DNA of 63,909 bases, filler included, from Welwitschia mirabilis (Eukaryota), in the NCBI GenBank assembly GCA_051453625.1. It is 7 parts of one record of this genome, joined end to end, with 100 filler letters (N's around TTAATTAATTAA, not from the genome) between each part and the next. Parts side by side here need not be neighbours in the genome. Positions count along the whole stretch, not along the records: positions 20,442 to 35,323 come from JBOZIK010000001.1; positions 35,424 to 50,403 come from JBOZIK010000001.1; 5 more parts are not named here. One strand, written 5' to 3'. Positions 25,387-39,674 of this stretch are shown here, piece after piece. A program made the position numbers and the translations under genes. The notes beneath the pieces were generated by a model that was not told where the DNA came from, did not search any database, and saw only the letters and a list, made by a program, of their open reading frames with translations. Each line of letters opens with the position of its first letter. Within the stretch, counting starts at the first letter, position 1.

Positions 25387-26577
25387 GTAATGTTCTGCCG
25401 TTGTTATGAGTAAAGGATTGATTGATTGCATTTTGTCTTTTTGATGGGTTCATTGTTTAAACGTTGCTGTGCGGCAATGTCGAAATTGCAATGTGATCAT
25501 TCTGGTTTCCTGAAAAGTTAGCATTGTGTGTCTTTTTGTTGTTGATATTGAGGCGTCTTCTCTCGGATACCATCGTTTGTTTTTCTCTTTTGGAAGCGTT
25601 ATGTCGATTATACATAGGATAATGAAAAATATGTATTTCCTGCAAGCTTCCTCACGACTTCTAATTCAGGGGATTTTCAGCTTAAAAGTCATCCTTCTCT
25701 GTTAATTGATTTTCAAAACGTGCTTTTTAGATGTAAGGAATGTTTTCAAAGCTACATCTGTCTTTATTTATTAACAAAGGTTATTTTATGTCAAATATTT
25801 GCATTGGCACATATCATAGTTTGGGTGATCTTCCTTCTTGTGCTGTACTGATGCATTTAAGATGTAATATTTGTGGGTGGGAAACAATTGTATTGTAGTG
25901 GACTGTAGCCTTTAAGTCTTTTGCTATTCATTCTTCTTTCTGTCAGTTCTCTAGGTCTTCTTAATTGTAGTGCCTCTTATTTGTATTAAATTGTAGTGGA
26001 ACGCCTCCTTCGTATTTTTTGCTATCAATTCTTCTTTTGTCAATTGATGAATTCTTGTCTCCATCATGTGTTGCTGATCATGATGGGATGCACAATGCAA
26101 CAGTTTAAGAACATAACTCTAAAAGCAAACTTATTCCACTTTTCGTCCTTTTTAGTATCACAATTTATTACAATTTTACACAGGAATATGACCCCCAAAA
26201 AGGACTTTACAACGAGGTTTCTTTTACGACATACTATAGGAGTCAATAAGAGGAAGAACTAGATTGTTTTGGCTTCTTGGTTTCTAACAGTCTCACTTCC
26301 GAAGACAAACCCCCTTTCTCCAATGTTTAAAGACATGTTCTTTTGAAGATTGCCTTTCATGCTTTCATGCTCACTTGAGTGCCAAACCAAATACCCTTAT
26401 ACGAAGTAGTGCTACATAATCGATAAAACTTTCATCATCGTAATAACAAAGCAAAAACAAGCACATAACATTCAACANNNNNNNNNNNNNNNNNNNNNNN
26501 NNNNNNNNNNNNNNNNNNNNNNNNNNNNNNNNNNNNNNNNNNNNNNNNNNNNNNNNNNNNNNNNNNNNNNNNNNNNN

Positions 26578-26930
26578 GTAATAACAAAGCAAAAACAAGC
26601 AAATAACATTCAACACACATAAATTTTATGTGGTAATCTTTTCAATGTGAAGGGGAATATCCATAGAAAGCAGAAGTAGAGCTCTAATTATGATCTTTGA
26701 GCAAAACAATACAAAAGAACAAATCAGTCCAAGCAAACATAGAGCACCTTCACTATCTGTAACTGTAAATAAGGGTTTCTATGGACACTCAACAACCCGA
26801 TCTACAGCATGATCGTCGATCAAAACACTACAAAAGAACAATTCAGTCCAAGCAAACATCGAGCACCTTCGCTATTTGTAACCGTAAATAATGGTTTATA
26901 TGGACACCTAACAACCCAATCTCCAGCATT
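26578..26930 (-). repeat. Copia-LTR-like fragment followed by a ~120 bp tandem duplication (26702-26810 / 26821-26929)
   Basis: The reverse complement of 26578-26690 resembles the 3' ends of the short copia LTRs in this window (..ccacataaa.tt..tgtgtgttg). caaaac...tacaaaagaaca...cagcat occurs twice. Confidence 0.55.
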
Positions 26931-27200
26931 CTACTTCGCATGAATCCTTTCAATCTGCAAACGTATTATGGGAAATATAGCGAAAAGAAACAACAGAACA
27001 GAGCAACAACAAAAAAATGCACCCCAAATTAACAGTATTTAGATCCTATTTAGCCTATGTCCATGGAATACTTCAGAGCTCTAGATTCAGTTAGAGAAAA
27101 CAAGGACAGAAGCTGTCCTCAACAGTTTCAGATCATTTGAAACTGAGAAATCCGTTGAGAACAAGAGGAGAAAAATAAAAGAATAAGGAAACCACAGATA

Positions 27201-27531
27201 GGTAACCAAACATCACCTGCCCTTGCAATGAAAGAAAAAAAAGCATAAAGTGATTTCCAATCTTCTACCAAACCAGGGCAAACGAGGAGGCAATGCCTTT
27301 CCATTACCTTCCATCACAATTTATATTTGAGGTTGTTTGGCGACATGAAATGAATTCCTGACAAAACCTTAGATTTATTGAATCTAGTTGCCTCTCTAAT
27401 CGTCTTGTCTTTCAAATTCTACTATAAGCCTTTCGTCAAAAGACTTTTAGAATGTTGACATTGCATCTTAACAATCATCCCCTTAAATGGCAACACCACA
27501 TTGCACCCCATTAGACGATAATCCTTTTAAA
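27201..27531 (+). repeat. Diverged direct repeat; second copy at ~27855-28465 is split by a MITE
   Basis: ggtaaccaaacatca...tgcaatgaaa...ccatcacaat...atggcaaca.cacattg.ac present in both copies. Confidence 0.75.
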
Positions 27532-28142
27532 ACATGAACTATGTTCAAAGAAGTCAAAACTTTACTTGTCTTTTTAGTTCCTTTTTGTAATACCATTGGC
27601 TGTTTCATATGTGAGCCCCATATGTTTTATTACTTGTTTGTATGGGTTTCTTGAAATTAATTAGAAGGGCTTAATGTTGCATTATTTGGTTAGAGTTTTA
27701 ACCTTAATGTTTTCTATAAAAGAGGATAAATGTTTGCTTAAAAGATATGGGTGTCAACTTCTTTTATTCATTTTGAGTGTTGATGCACAACTATTGTTGA
27801 CAACTTGTATCCTTGACCTTTCCATCGATGACAAAAGCTTTGCACTGTAATGTGGGTAACCAAACATCATTTGTCAGTGCAATGAAATAAAAGAAATGCA
27901 AGTGATTTCCAATCCCATGCCAAAACCAAGGCAAACAACTAGGCAAAGCCCTTTCATTATCTTCCATCACAATATACTATGATGTTGTTTGAGAAACAAG
28001 CAATCAATCCCTAACAAAACCGTAAATTCATTGAATCTATTTACCTCTCTAATCTATCTAGAGTCTTCCACATTCCACTTCCACTATAGGCTTCTTCCTC
28101 AAAAAACTTCTAATATGTTGGCATTACCCTCTTAATCTCAAC

Positions 28143-28421
28143 CATTGTAGCATGATTCGGACTCGCCACCTAACCTGGCTATAGCGAAAAACTCACCACT
28201 CGGCTTCACTTGGGAATTGACTTGGCATAAATTTGGCACAGACTTGGCAATGACTTGTGTAAACTTGGGGAGACTTGCATAGATTCACACAGACTTGCTC
28301 AAACTCACACATCTTATGACAAAACTCACACTTAACAAGCTTTGTGTTGCAGACTTGCAAACGGTGAATAACTTGCGACTAGGTGACTACTTAGAGACTT
28401 GTCACGAGGCTTGCTACAGTG
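28143..28421. mobile_element. hAT-type MITE (279 bp)
   Basis: Terminal inverted repeats CATTGTAGCA / TGCTACAGTG, degenerate 8-bp TSD atctcaac / atggcaac, many internal gacttg/aaactc repeats. The empty site (single atggcaac) is seen in the paralogous copy at ~27487. Confidence 0.75.
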
Positions 28422-28857
28422 ATGGCAACATCACATTGTACTCCCTTAAACAATTATCCTTTTAATGCTTGCACTATTCTATTTCATGCCATGTGGAAGG
28501 TAAAATACAATAGTGCTCTAACAAACTCAGAAACAAAGACGGTACCAGTAGCTAAACAATACAATTCATTAGGGTTGGCTAAACTCTACTTACTAAACTT
28601 GTAACTAACACATAAACACAATCACTAGGGTTCCAGTGCTAAAAACAAGCACACCTACTTAATCTAGCATACCAACAAAGCAACAAGTTGTACCTATAAC
28701 CAAAGCACATAATAGTTGTTTATTCTTTTCATTGCCTTCGATGCATGCATTTGTGCCATTTTTTGAGTGATTCTCCATACATATTGTTGAGTGTGCCTTG
28801 AATTTAGTAACATGTGGCAACAACATTTAGGATAGCTGTTTTCTTCTCAATTGTTTT

Positions 28858-31800
28858 TGTTGGAAAAGTGAAACCAAATTTGTCTTATGTATATTATAAT
28901 GTTATGTTTTAACATTGAGCCACGTTTTGTAATGTTGTGAAAGGATGTTATGTTTTAACTCCTTGAGGTATTTAAAATAAAAGGAAAATTAAAAAAATGA
29001 AGGGAAAATGGGAGGAACTTTCTAGATTGTCTTCGCTTAAAACCCTAAACTTATGGGGTTTTTCTTGAAAAAGTTTTACATGTAAATCTGTGTGTTGCTC
29101 TCGTGCTTGCTATTTCATTTTCTTTAGCATCAATTTAGAGTAAAGATTCTTAACAAGTGGTATTAGAGCAAGGTTCAAAGTGCTTTTCGTTTGAATCTTT
29201 GTAGAGGCTAACTTTTTTGTGCATTGTAGATTGAAGCGCTACAGTTTGTACAAGATGGAATGCATGTCAACAAGGAACAGATTGGTTGGAGTCAAGAATT
29301 GGGGAAATGGGAAAATCCTAATGGATGATGTCCTCTACTCAAAGGATTGCAATGTTGTTCTCAAATCAAAGGTCGAAGAGAAAGCAACATCTCGATTGTC
29401 AGACGCCGCTTGGTTAAAGAAATAGCTTGACGAAGAATGGGAAAAACTCAACCGGAAAGTTCTCATCACAATCTGTCCGTGTCTTGGCAATGGCATAACA
29501 TACAAGGAAATCATCGAGGCACATGTGTTGTGGAAATTGTTGAATAAAAGGTATGACCAGCCCACTGGAATGAATAAATATTATACGATTAATAGGGTTT
29601 TCAAGATTAAAATGAAGGAAGGAACGTCTTTGCAAAGTCATTTGGATGAGATGAATGACTTGTTTGATCAGATCGATTGTTTGGGTATAAATTTTGAAGA
29701 AGATCTTCGAGTTGTTGTTGTGTTAAGTTCCTTACCAAAATCATGGGAACGGTTCGGACTACCTTAACTGCTGCTTCCAGAACTTTACCATTTCTCAATA
29801 TTGTCATTTCAAAGATGCTGAACTCAGATAAGACTAAACTGGTAGATGCCCCCAGTGAAGCCCTGGCTGTTAGAAAGGGCCATTCATACAAAAGAGATAA
29901 TGTCCCTAGATGTAGCACGAGTAGAGGTAAATCTGCTAGCAGAAGTAGAGTTGTTTGCTGGTATTGCAAGAAGAAGGGTCATTTGTGCAAGGACTTTTAT
30001 GCCTTGAAAAATAAGATGAAAGATAAGAGACCTGAGAACAACGGACAAGAACAAGCAGAATCTGATGGAGATGTTCCATTGTACTAATTGCTAGAGATGG
30101 AGATGCTTATGTCTCCATGTACTCTACTCGTGATGTATGGATTCTAGATTTAGGAGCTTCCTTCCATGTTTGTCCATACAAAGAATATTTTTCTGATTAG
30201 AAGTCCATTTCTGGAAGAGAAGTCTTCCTGGGAGATGACAGATCACACACTATTGAAGGGATTGGTGCTGTCATTTTGAGATAGAGTAACGGACAAAGTG
30301 TGAGAGTGAGGAATGTTTACCATATTCTAGGTCTTGCAAAGAACTTGATCTCTTCTGGACAGTTGGATGATTTGGGATGTAGAATTACTCATGCTGATGG
30401 AAGCTGGAAAGTTAGCAAAGGTGCAATGACACTAATGCATGGTAAGAAAGAAGGGACGTTGTATACATTGAGAGCACATGCAGTTTGAAGATGTGTTGCT
30501 ACTGCAATTTTAGATGACGATGTTTCTTTGTGGCATCGTAGACTCGGTCACCTTAGCAAAACCGAAATGAAGGTACTTGTTTCTATGAACCTACTACCTA
30601 AGTTTTCTTCAATATCTCCAGATTTCTGTCATGATTGTGCTGTTGGTAATAGTAAGCGTGTTACTTTTAAGAAATCTATTTTGAATAGGGACAGGAAAAC
30701 TTGATATGGTGTATTTTGATGTTGGTGGTCCAATGTTTGTCATGTCTTTAGGTGTGCATCATATTTCATTACATTCCTTAATAGATCTAGCCTAAAGACG
30801 TGGATTTATTTTATGCATTTCAAAAGTCAAGCATTAGAAAAGTTTAAGGAGTTTAGAGCTATAGGAGAAAATGAGTTTGGCTGTAAAATAAGGTGTTTTA
30901 TCACTGATAATGGGGGTGAATATCCCTTCCATGCGTTTTCTGAATTTTGCTTGTAGGTTGGAATTGTACATACCAAAACACCACCAGGAACACCACAAAA
31001 TAATGGTGTTGCAGAAAGATATAATTATACAGTTCTTGACAGAATTAGATCCATGTTTGCTCAATCTAGAAGCTGTTAGAGTAGCTGCTTATTTGATCAA
31101 TCGTTCTCCTCATTCAGCCTTAGATGGTCATATTTTAGAATCTGTCTAGAGTGGGAGTTCTCTTTCTTTATCTTACCTATATGTTTTTGGATGTGACGTG
31201 TATGTCCATTTGCAAGGTAAAACTGGAAGAACGTGGCAGGAAATGTGTTTTTCTTGCCTATGGGGGAGATGATTTTGGATACAGGCTTTGGGATCTTATG
31301 GCATATAGGATTGTTAGATCTCGTGACGTTGAATTCAGAGAAGAGATGATGTTTTAAAGGTCAAAAGAGAGCATTCAGGAAAAAAAAGTTCTGATTCTCA
31401 CACCCTGCACAAGCTTGAATAGGTTGATGATGAAGAAAAGCGTAATACACATGGGAAAATGTCCAGCCTGAACTAAACCAGCCTGAAGAGGAAACCTTAA
31501 GTTGTGAAACTGAATCTGAGTCTGATGATGATGGAACCCAAACTCCAGCACATTGGGTTCGTAGATCCACCAGAGTTGTTAGCAAGTTGAAAGGTTTTCT
31601 CCATCTTTACGTGATGTGTTGTTTATAGATAAGGGAGAACCTGAATCCTTTGAAGAAGCTATTTCTTCTTCAGAATCTCATAAATGGAAAACTGCCACGG
31701 AAGAAGAAATGAAATCCCTTGAATAGAATCATACTTGGGATTTGGTTCCCTTACCTAAACGGACAAGACCATTAAGATCTAAGTAGNNNNNNNNNNNNNN

Positions 31801-33552
31801 NNNNNNNNNNNNNNNNNNNNNNNNNNNNNNNNNNNNNNNNNNNNNNNNNNNNNNCAACCAAAAACCAGGTATTAATTTTACAGAAATTTGCTCACCTGTT
31901 GTGAAAGACATGCCTATTTGGATTTTGTTTAGCATGGTTGCTCGTTTGAGTTTGGAGTTACACCAGTTAGACATTAAAACATCTTTTCTGCATGGTGATT
32001 TAGAAGATGAAATTTATATGCATTTACTAGATGATTTGGAAGAGGAAAATAGAAATCTGGTTACAAGTTGAGGAAGTCTTTTTATGGCATGAAACAAGCA
32101 TCTCATCAATGGTACAAGAAGTTTGATGATTTTATGTAGAAACAGGGATGCTGCAAATGCGATTATGATCATTGTGTGTATTTTTACATGAGTGCTTCAA
32201 GTATGATTGCTATTTGTATGTTGGATGTTGATAATATGTTGGTTGCTGGAAATAAAATGAAAGAAATCAAAAGATTGAAGCATGAGATATCCAAGACTTT
32301 TGCCACTAAAGATCTTGGACCAGCAAAACAAATCCTTGTAATGAGGATTCTTAGAGATACATCATGTCACAAGTTTTGGTTAAGTCAATCTGAGTATATT
32401 GGCAAAGTTTTGAAAGGTTTCAACATGGTAGATTGTAAACCTATTTGTACTCCTCTTGCTACACATTTTTAATTAACTCATCGGCGTTGTCATACTTCAG
32501 AGAAGAAGAAGACAAAAATGACATGTGTGCCTTATGCGTCAGCTATAGAAAGTTTGATGTATGCCATGGTCTGTACCAGACTAGACATTGCTCATGTAGT
32601 GGGAGTTGTTTCACATTTCATGAGTAATCTCGGAAAGAGCATTGGGAAGCTGTAAATGGGTTCTTCGTTACTTGGAGGGAACCCAACATATGAGTTTGTG
32701 TTTCGGCAATACTGATTTGCATATTATAGGGTATGTTGATGTTGATTATGCTGGTTGCAGGGATACTAGAAGGTCTACTACAGGGTATGTATTTACTTTT
32801 GGTGGTGTTGCTGTTAGTTGGATGTCTCATCTATAGTCAGATGTCTCGTTTATAGTCAGATATTGCTATTTTCTCTACAGAAGCTGAGTATGTTGCCTTG
32901 ACGGCAGTTGCTAAGGAGATATTGTGGCCGCATGGTTTTGTTGGCTGGCTGGGCCTTGGTCAAAGCAAGTTCATTTTGCACTGTGACAATCAGAGTGCTA
33001 TACATCTAGTGAAGAATGTTGTTTATCATGTCAGAACTAAGCACATTGACATTAAATATTGTTTCATCAAGCATGTTGTAATGAAGTTGGATTGGGGATG
33101 TGATCTAGAAGCATGGAAGTAGGCATCTCTTGGAGCTACAAAAGGAGCTATTCTTGAAGACTCACCAAATTTGTCTTCAAGTGGGAGAATGTTGGAAAAG
33201 TGAAGCCAGATTTCTCTTGTTTATATTGTAACATTATGTTTTAACATTGATCTCACTTTTTGTAATGTTGTAAAAGGATGTTATGTTTTAACTCCTTGAG
33301 GTAGTTAAAAAAGGAGGGGAAAAGGGCAAGTACTTTCTAGATTGTCTTGGCTTGAAACCCTAAACTTTTTTAGATGTTGCTTGGGGGTTTGTTTTGGGTG
33401 TGTGATTCTTTTGCTCCTTGAATAAGATTAAGAGCTTTGTCTGCTTTTCATGGTTTTCCTCGAAAGGGTTTTCCACGTAAATTTGTGTGTGTTGTTCTTG
33501 TGCTTGCTGTTTCGTTTTCTTTAACATTGATTTACGGTAAAGATTCATAATA
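28858..33552 (+). mobile_element. Full-length decayed Ty1/copia element A (Tork/Tnt1-like) with GTTTT TSD
   Basis: LTRs 28858-29155 and 33190-33552 (both start TGTTGGAAAAGTGAA), PBS TGGTATTAGAGC 29158-29169, PPT AAGTGGGAGAA, gtttt on both flanks. CWYCKKKGH, WILD.GASFH, KHIDIK motifs with many stops. Confidence 0.95.
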
Positions 33553-33578
33553 GTTTTTTCTTTCTTGGAAAGAATGGT

Positions 33579-35322
33579 TGTTAGGTAGAGTTGCTTGTAA
33601 ATATAGTTGGTTTAAATGAAAACAACAGGTTAATGAAAACAATACACCATGAATTGGAACCTACCTAATAGTTTAGCCATGAAAGTCCACAGAAGGATTG
33701 TAGTAGTTGTTAAATTAGCATATTGGTTTTAGGGATCTTATTTTTGAGTGATTTTGCTTCATTATTGTACTCCTCAAGCTTTTAGTAGTAGAATTTTTGC
33801 TCTTTTTCCCATGGACGTAGGCGACAAGTTTGAACCACATAATTTTTGGTGTGTGTTGGTGATCTTTTTCTTTGTTGTTCTCTCATTATTTTTACTTTTA
33901 GTTTGTTTTCTGTTGCTTATTGAATCCGTTTTTCTAGGCAATTCCATAATAAATTGGTATCAGAGCTAGTTTGATTCAATTAGGCATTCAGATGTTGACG
34001 ATAAAGTTTGAGATTGAGAAGTTCGATGGCAACATCAGCTTTAATCTATGGCAAGCTCGAATGCTTGTTGTCTTGACTTGGAATGGACTAAAGAAGGCAC
34101 TGTTTGGGAAGGAGAAGAAGCCACAAGATATGATTGATGATCAATGGGAAGAGTTAGATGATAAAGCACTATGTACCATTGAGCTGAACCTGAGAAATGA
34201 TGTTTTACAGGAAGTCCTCATGGAGAAGAAAGCTACTGGCTTGTGGGTCAAGGCAGAGGAGTTGTATTTGACGAAATCCCTTCCTAGCTGACTAATCTTG
34301 AAGCAACGATTGTATGCACTCCATATGGCACAAGGTACACTCCTTAATTCTCATATTAATGAGTTTAATTCCATTATTACTGATTTGGAAATAATAGATG
34401 TGAAGATTGATGAATAAGATCAAGCCCTTTTATTATTGTGTTCTCTACCGTCATCTTACAAACATTTTAGAGACACTATCATCTATGGACATGAAGCAAT
34501 AGTTGTTGATGATGTGAAGGTAGCTCTGTTGAATAAATAGAGAATAGATAACAAGTTGACTACCAATTTTAATGATGAAAAAGCTATAAGTTTGGTTGTT
34601 AAGGGGAGGCATCAAGAAAGGGGTTTTAATAGTGGAAAACGAAAAGTTAGATCAAAGTCTAAAAAGAAGAATGTAACCTACAACTCCTATTGCAAGAAGG
34701 GGCAAATCAAAAGTGAATGTTAGAGGCTTAAAAACAAGTAGCAAAAGGAAGATAATAAAGACTAGAAGAGGTAGTCTCATCCACTGATTTAGCTAAATGG
34801 TTGATTGCCATGCATGTAGAGATGAAATCTTTTCACAAGAATCAAAATTGGGAACTTGTTAAACCACCAAAAGGAAAGAAGATTGTCGGCTGCAATTGAG
34901 CCTTCAAGAGAAGGGAAGGAATCTCAGGTATGAATGATACTAAGTACCAGGCATGTTTAGTTGCTAAAGGATACTCTTAGGTTAGGGAGTTGATTTTAAT
35001 GATGTTTCTCACTTGTTTTTAAACACACTACCATCATTTTATCTATAGTTACTTTATCTACCATAGGCGCAGAGTGTATGGCAATGACCAAGGCAGTCAA
35101 AGAAGTTGTTTGGTTGAAATGATTGATTTGTGAGCTTAGCTTTGGTCAAGAGGTGATTGTCATCTATTGTGACAACCTGAGTGCTATTCACTTGGCTAAA
35201 GACCCTGTGTGTCATGAGAGGACAAAGCACCTTGATGTAAGATACTATTATGTTTGAGATATTGTTGCACAGGGTGACATTCTTGTAAAGAAGATTGGTA
35301 CTGTAGATAATCTGGCTGATAC
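33579..35322 (+). mobile_element. Ty1/copia element B, internally deleted (LTR, PBS, gag, RT start, RNase H end); 3' end in the gap
   Basis: LTR ~33579-33951, PBS TGGTATCAGAGC 33955-33966, gag KFEIEKFDGNISFNLWQ. The zinc knuckle is followed directly by KWLIAMHVEMKSFHKNQNW, then AVKE..W, HERTKHLDVRY and NLADT. Confidence 0.85.
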
Positions 35323-36318
35323 GNNNNNNNNNNNNNNNNNNNNNNNNNNNNNNNNNNNNNNNNNNNNTTAATTAATTAANNNNNNNNNNNNNNNNNNNNN
35401 NNNNNNNNNNNNNNNNNNNNNNNTGGAAATAGGGCTACATGATGTTGGCTGGAAAGTGTTTATCCAAGGCAACAAATGGGATGAGCCAAATGTTTAAGGT
35501 TTCTTTTTTAGAAAGGCTCTATCTCAGTAATGGTATTGTGAAGGCATGTTCCAAGCTAACAATGACATAGGAATTCTGGCAGAAGCTAAAGCATAAATAT
35601 GATCAACCATCTATTAGCAATAAGTTTGTTGTGTGTAGTCAGGCCTTCGCCATGAAAATGAAGGAAGGAACAAAGTTCCTGAACCATCTTCATGAATTGC
35701 AAAACATATTATTTTGGATAGATAACATGGGCATCCAGTTTTCAAAGGAACTATGCATTATTGCTATCATGATTTCAATGCTTCAGAAGTGGGGAAATGT
35801 GGTCACTTTGATTGTTACTCTTCTGGATAAAAGGAACATTACTCTTGACAAATTTCTTTCGACTTTATTGGATGTAGAAAAAAAGAATGTAGGAGGTTCC
35901 AGTAGTGGATAAATGTGTGGAGAGGTCGTTCCAATAGAAAGAGGATGTACCCCTAACAAAGGAGATGGGAGAAGTAAGAGTAGAGATAAGTCTCAAGGCT
36001 ATGATGTAATCTGCTGTTTCTGTAAGAAGAAAGGGCACATGTGAAAGGAATGCTGGTAGCTATGAGATAAGTGAGAACAGAGGGGCAACGACAAAGAGGA
36101 TACGTCTAGCTTAAGATAGCATTTAGATGGGGAGACTCATGTTGCTCTGATAATGCATGTTGGAGGGATTAGCATATTAGAATATTTTATTCCAGATGTA
36201 TGGATTTTAGATTTAGGTGCTTCTTTCCATGTTTACTTGAGTAGGAAAATGTGTTCGTCATATGAGCTTGTTTTAGTTTGATACATATACTTAGGAGATG
36301 ATTAAAGACATGTGATCA

Positions 36319-36868
36319 TGTTACTAGAGAAATATATTTCAACGATTCCTACACTAAGAGTAATCTCATATATCTTTTGTATCAACTTTAATCACGAGTT
36401 TTGATGCTACAATTTCAACTACTAAAATAGATAAAAAGATATGGACAAAAAATAAAATGAGATGCACATGAGTGAGATAGAGAAAACGGTTACATACAAG
36501 GAGCCCTTTGTTAAGTGCAGATTCCTTCTGTGAATCATGGCTCAGATGGTAAGAGATGAGAAGCCCATCTTCATAGGTCTGAGTCCATGAATTTGTATTA
36601 TGGCAAATGTCAATATATAGCATACCAAAAATATAGGGATTGTGTTGTCTACCAACGAGAATTAGTTTTTCCTATTTCAATCCCTTGAGATATATTTAAA
36701 ATGACAAAGAAAGGAGATTGTTTGATTAACACATGATAATTAGAGAGATATAAAAACTTGTACCATATGATCTATTTAGATAAATATTTGATATTGTAGT
36801 GAGAATGTGATTCAAATGTCATGCATATGCCATAGATAAAAGGCATAACTTGAGTTGTTTTGAAGACA
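36319..36868 (-). mobile_element. Probable solo LTR (~550 bp) inserted in the protease region of copia C
   Basis: A non-coding TG...CA block interrupts the protease reading (GDD.RHVI | ..LRLSDIRQV). No matching TSD. Strand tentative. Confidence 0.45.
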
Positions 36869-39674
36869 AAGGACTGTTAGACTCTTAGATTGAGTGATAT
36901 TAGACAAGTATCTATTGTTGTCAAGAACCTGATTTTAATAGGGGCAGTAGACGCAACTAGGTGCTTAATAAGTTTTGGATATGGCTTTTGGAGACTTGCC
37001 AAATAAAAGATGGTGGTGGCTTGTGGCAAAATGGATGGAATGATGCACATCTTACATGCTTTTGCTTGTACTGACAATGCTTATATAGTGAAGTTGGACG
37101 CAGTTCCCATTTGACACAGATGACTTGAACACACGAGTGACAAAGTACTACAAGTACACTTATTTGAAAATGTTTTTTAAAAATTTTTTGTATCTTATGA
37201 TTTTTGTTTTGATATCGTTGTTGGGTAAGAATTATGTTCAAACAAACTAGCAAAGTCATCTGAAACACTAAAACTTGAACTTATACTTTTTGATTTGGTT
37301 GTTATGTCATAAGCTTCATTAGGTGCTCATTATTTTGGCACCGTTATAGATGGCTATTCTACAAAAATCTAGTTCTTTAAAATCTATAGGTCAAACTCTT
37401 AGTGTTTTTAAGACTTTAAAAGCCAAAGTAGGAAATGTTTCTCACTATAAAATTAAAGAGCTCTTAGTGGATAATGGGCATGAGTATACCTCCCATGAGT
37501 TTGGAAAATTTTGTGGAGAATTAGGTATCATCCATCATAAGATGGAGTTTGGATCACCATTACAAAATGGAGTAGCTAAGAGACAAAACAAAACTATTAC
37601 GGAAATAGTGCAAGCATTTTTAGCACAATGAGAAGTGCCCAAACACTTTTGGGCTAAGATTGTCATGACTATTGTTTACTTAACAAACAAGTCTTCACAT
37701 GGTGGTTTGCATGGTGAAATTCCAAGAGTTCCATTGGAGTGGGAGCTCTAGTTGTTACTCACAACCCAGGACAGTTGGATGTAAGGCTTATGCTCACCTG
37801 TAGAATGCTCCTGAGTCAGTAAAACTTGCAAGGAAGTCTGTCTCTTTTGGATATGGTGGACATGACCTTGGCTACAGATTATGTGATCTTGTGGAGCAGA
37901 AAATATTCACATCATGAGATGTAGTCTTCAATAACCATAGAAAAGGACAGAAGAGAAGGGATTATGGTCTTGGCCCTTTGCACAAGGTTGTGAAAATCTA
38001 GGACTACGTAGAGGAGAGACAACCACCTTTCAAAGAAGAAGAAGAAAATATGAGAACATGCCCCTTGAAACTCAAACTAAACAAAATGAGGAAGAAGTGG
38101 CTATGCAAACCCCTTCTTGTTGGGTTAGATGTTCTGGTAGACAGGCTTGGCCTCCATCTGGGTACTTTCCTTCGTTACACTACATTTTGTATGCTAATGC
38201 AAAAGAATCTAAATCATTACCAGGAAGCCATTGCTTGTGTAGGTGTAGAAAGAGGGATATGTGTTATAAATAAAGAGATGGAGGCTNNNNNNNNNNGAGG
38301 CTTTGTTGCAAAACCAAACTTGGGAACGGGTCCCTTTGCCATCAAGGAAAAAAGCCTTGCAGAACATGTGGATATACAGATTGAAATAAGAGGCAAATGG
38401 AAAGAGAAGATAAACCCTCATATGGTAGTCAAAGGTTTTGCTTAGAAGAAAGATATCAATTTTAATAAAATTTTTCTCCTGTTGTTAAGCAAACTTCCAT
38501 TAGGGTTGTCCGGGCAATAGTTTCTTGCATGGATTTTGAACTAGAGCAATTAGACATCAAAATTCCTTTTTTCTTTTTTGTTTTTTTGGTTTGTTTTCTT
38601 TATGATGTTTTGGAGGAAGAAATTTACATGATGCAACTTAAAGGTTTTAAAGGTGTTGAAAACCTTGTATGTAGATGGAAGAAAAGCTTGTATGGTCTAG
38701 GATAAGTTCCTAGACAATGTATAAAAAGTTTGACACTTTTAGCTTACAACAAAACTATCAAAGATGTCACGTTGACTATTGTGTCTATTTACATAAAACT
38801 TTTGTATGGATTGTCACCATTTTATTGCTCTGTGTTGATGATATGTTAATTGTAGAGAATGATCCATGTAAACTAAACGAGTTGAAAATGGAAATGACAA
38901 AGAAATTTGGCGCAAAAAATCTTGGAAAGGTTAAGAAATCCTAGGAATGAGCATTGAAAAAGTTCCGAAGAACATGAGTTTTGGTTGAATCAAATTGATT
39001 ACGTTGGTAAGGTATTGAAAAAGCTTCACATGTCCAATTTGATCTTGTTTACGCACTTGGTGGCCACTTTAACTTGTTTGAAAAGGTTGCCCTAACTCTA
39101 ATGAGGACAAGTAAAGATATGGAGGATCTGTCTTACACATTAGCTGTTAGAAGTTTGAAGTATGCCATGGTCTATTCTAGACCAAACATTGCCTATGTAG
39201 TGGGAGTTGTCTCTAGATATATGAACAATCATGGACGAGTTTATAGGGAAGCTATCAAATGGGGTTTTGCAATACCTGAAAGGGACTTAGCATGTCTCCT
39301 TTTGCTTCGGTATCCTATGACTAGAATTTGTTGGATATGTTGATGCTAATTTTGGAAGTTGTAGAGATTCCAAAAAATCTACAATAGGATATGTTTTTAC
39401 AATTGGTATGGTGGTGTTAGTTAGCTATCACACTTGCAAAGTGATGTGGCCTAATGTACTACAAAGGCTAAATATATTACTCTAGTAGAGGCAACCATCC
39501 AGATGACATGGTTGACATGCATTCTTAAGTGGTTTGGCATTTCACAAGCCAAACACATTGTGTAATTGTGACACCCAAAATGCAACCCACATGGCGAAAA
39601 ATGTTGGATATCATGCAAGGAGAAAGGACACTGATGTCAAGTACCACTTCCTCAAGGACATCCTAGAGACGAAG

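Noticed and set aside
24627..25431. ORFs overlapping AN exon 1 in other frames or antisense (including one with RKRKRKRR)
   Set aside because: Expected by-products of a GC-rich exon. No recognisable domain.
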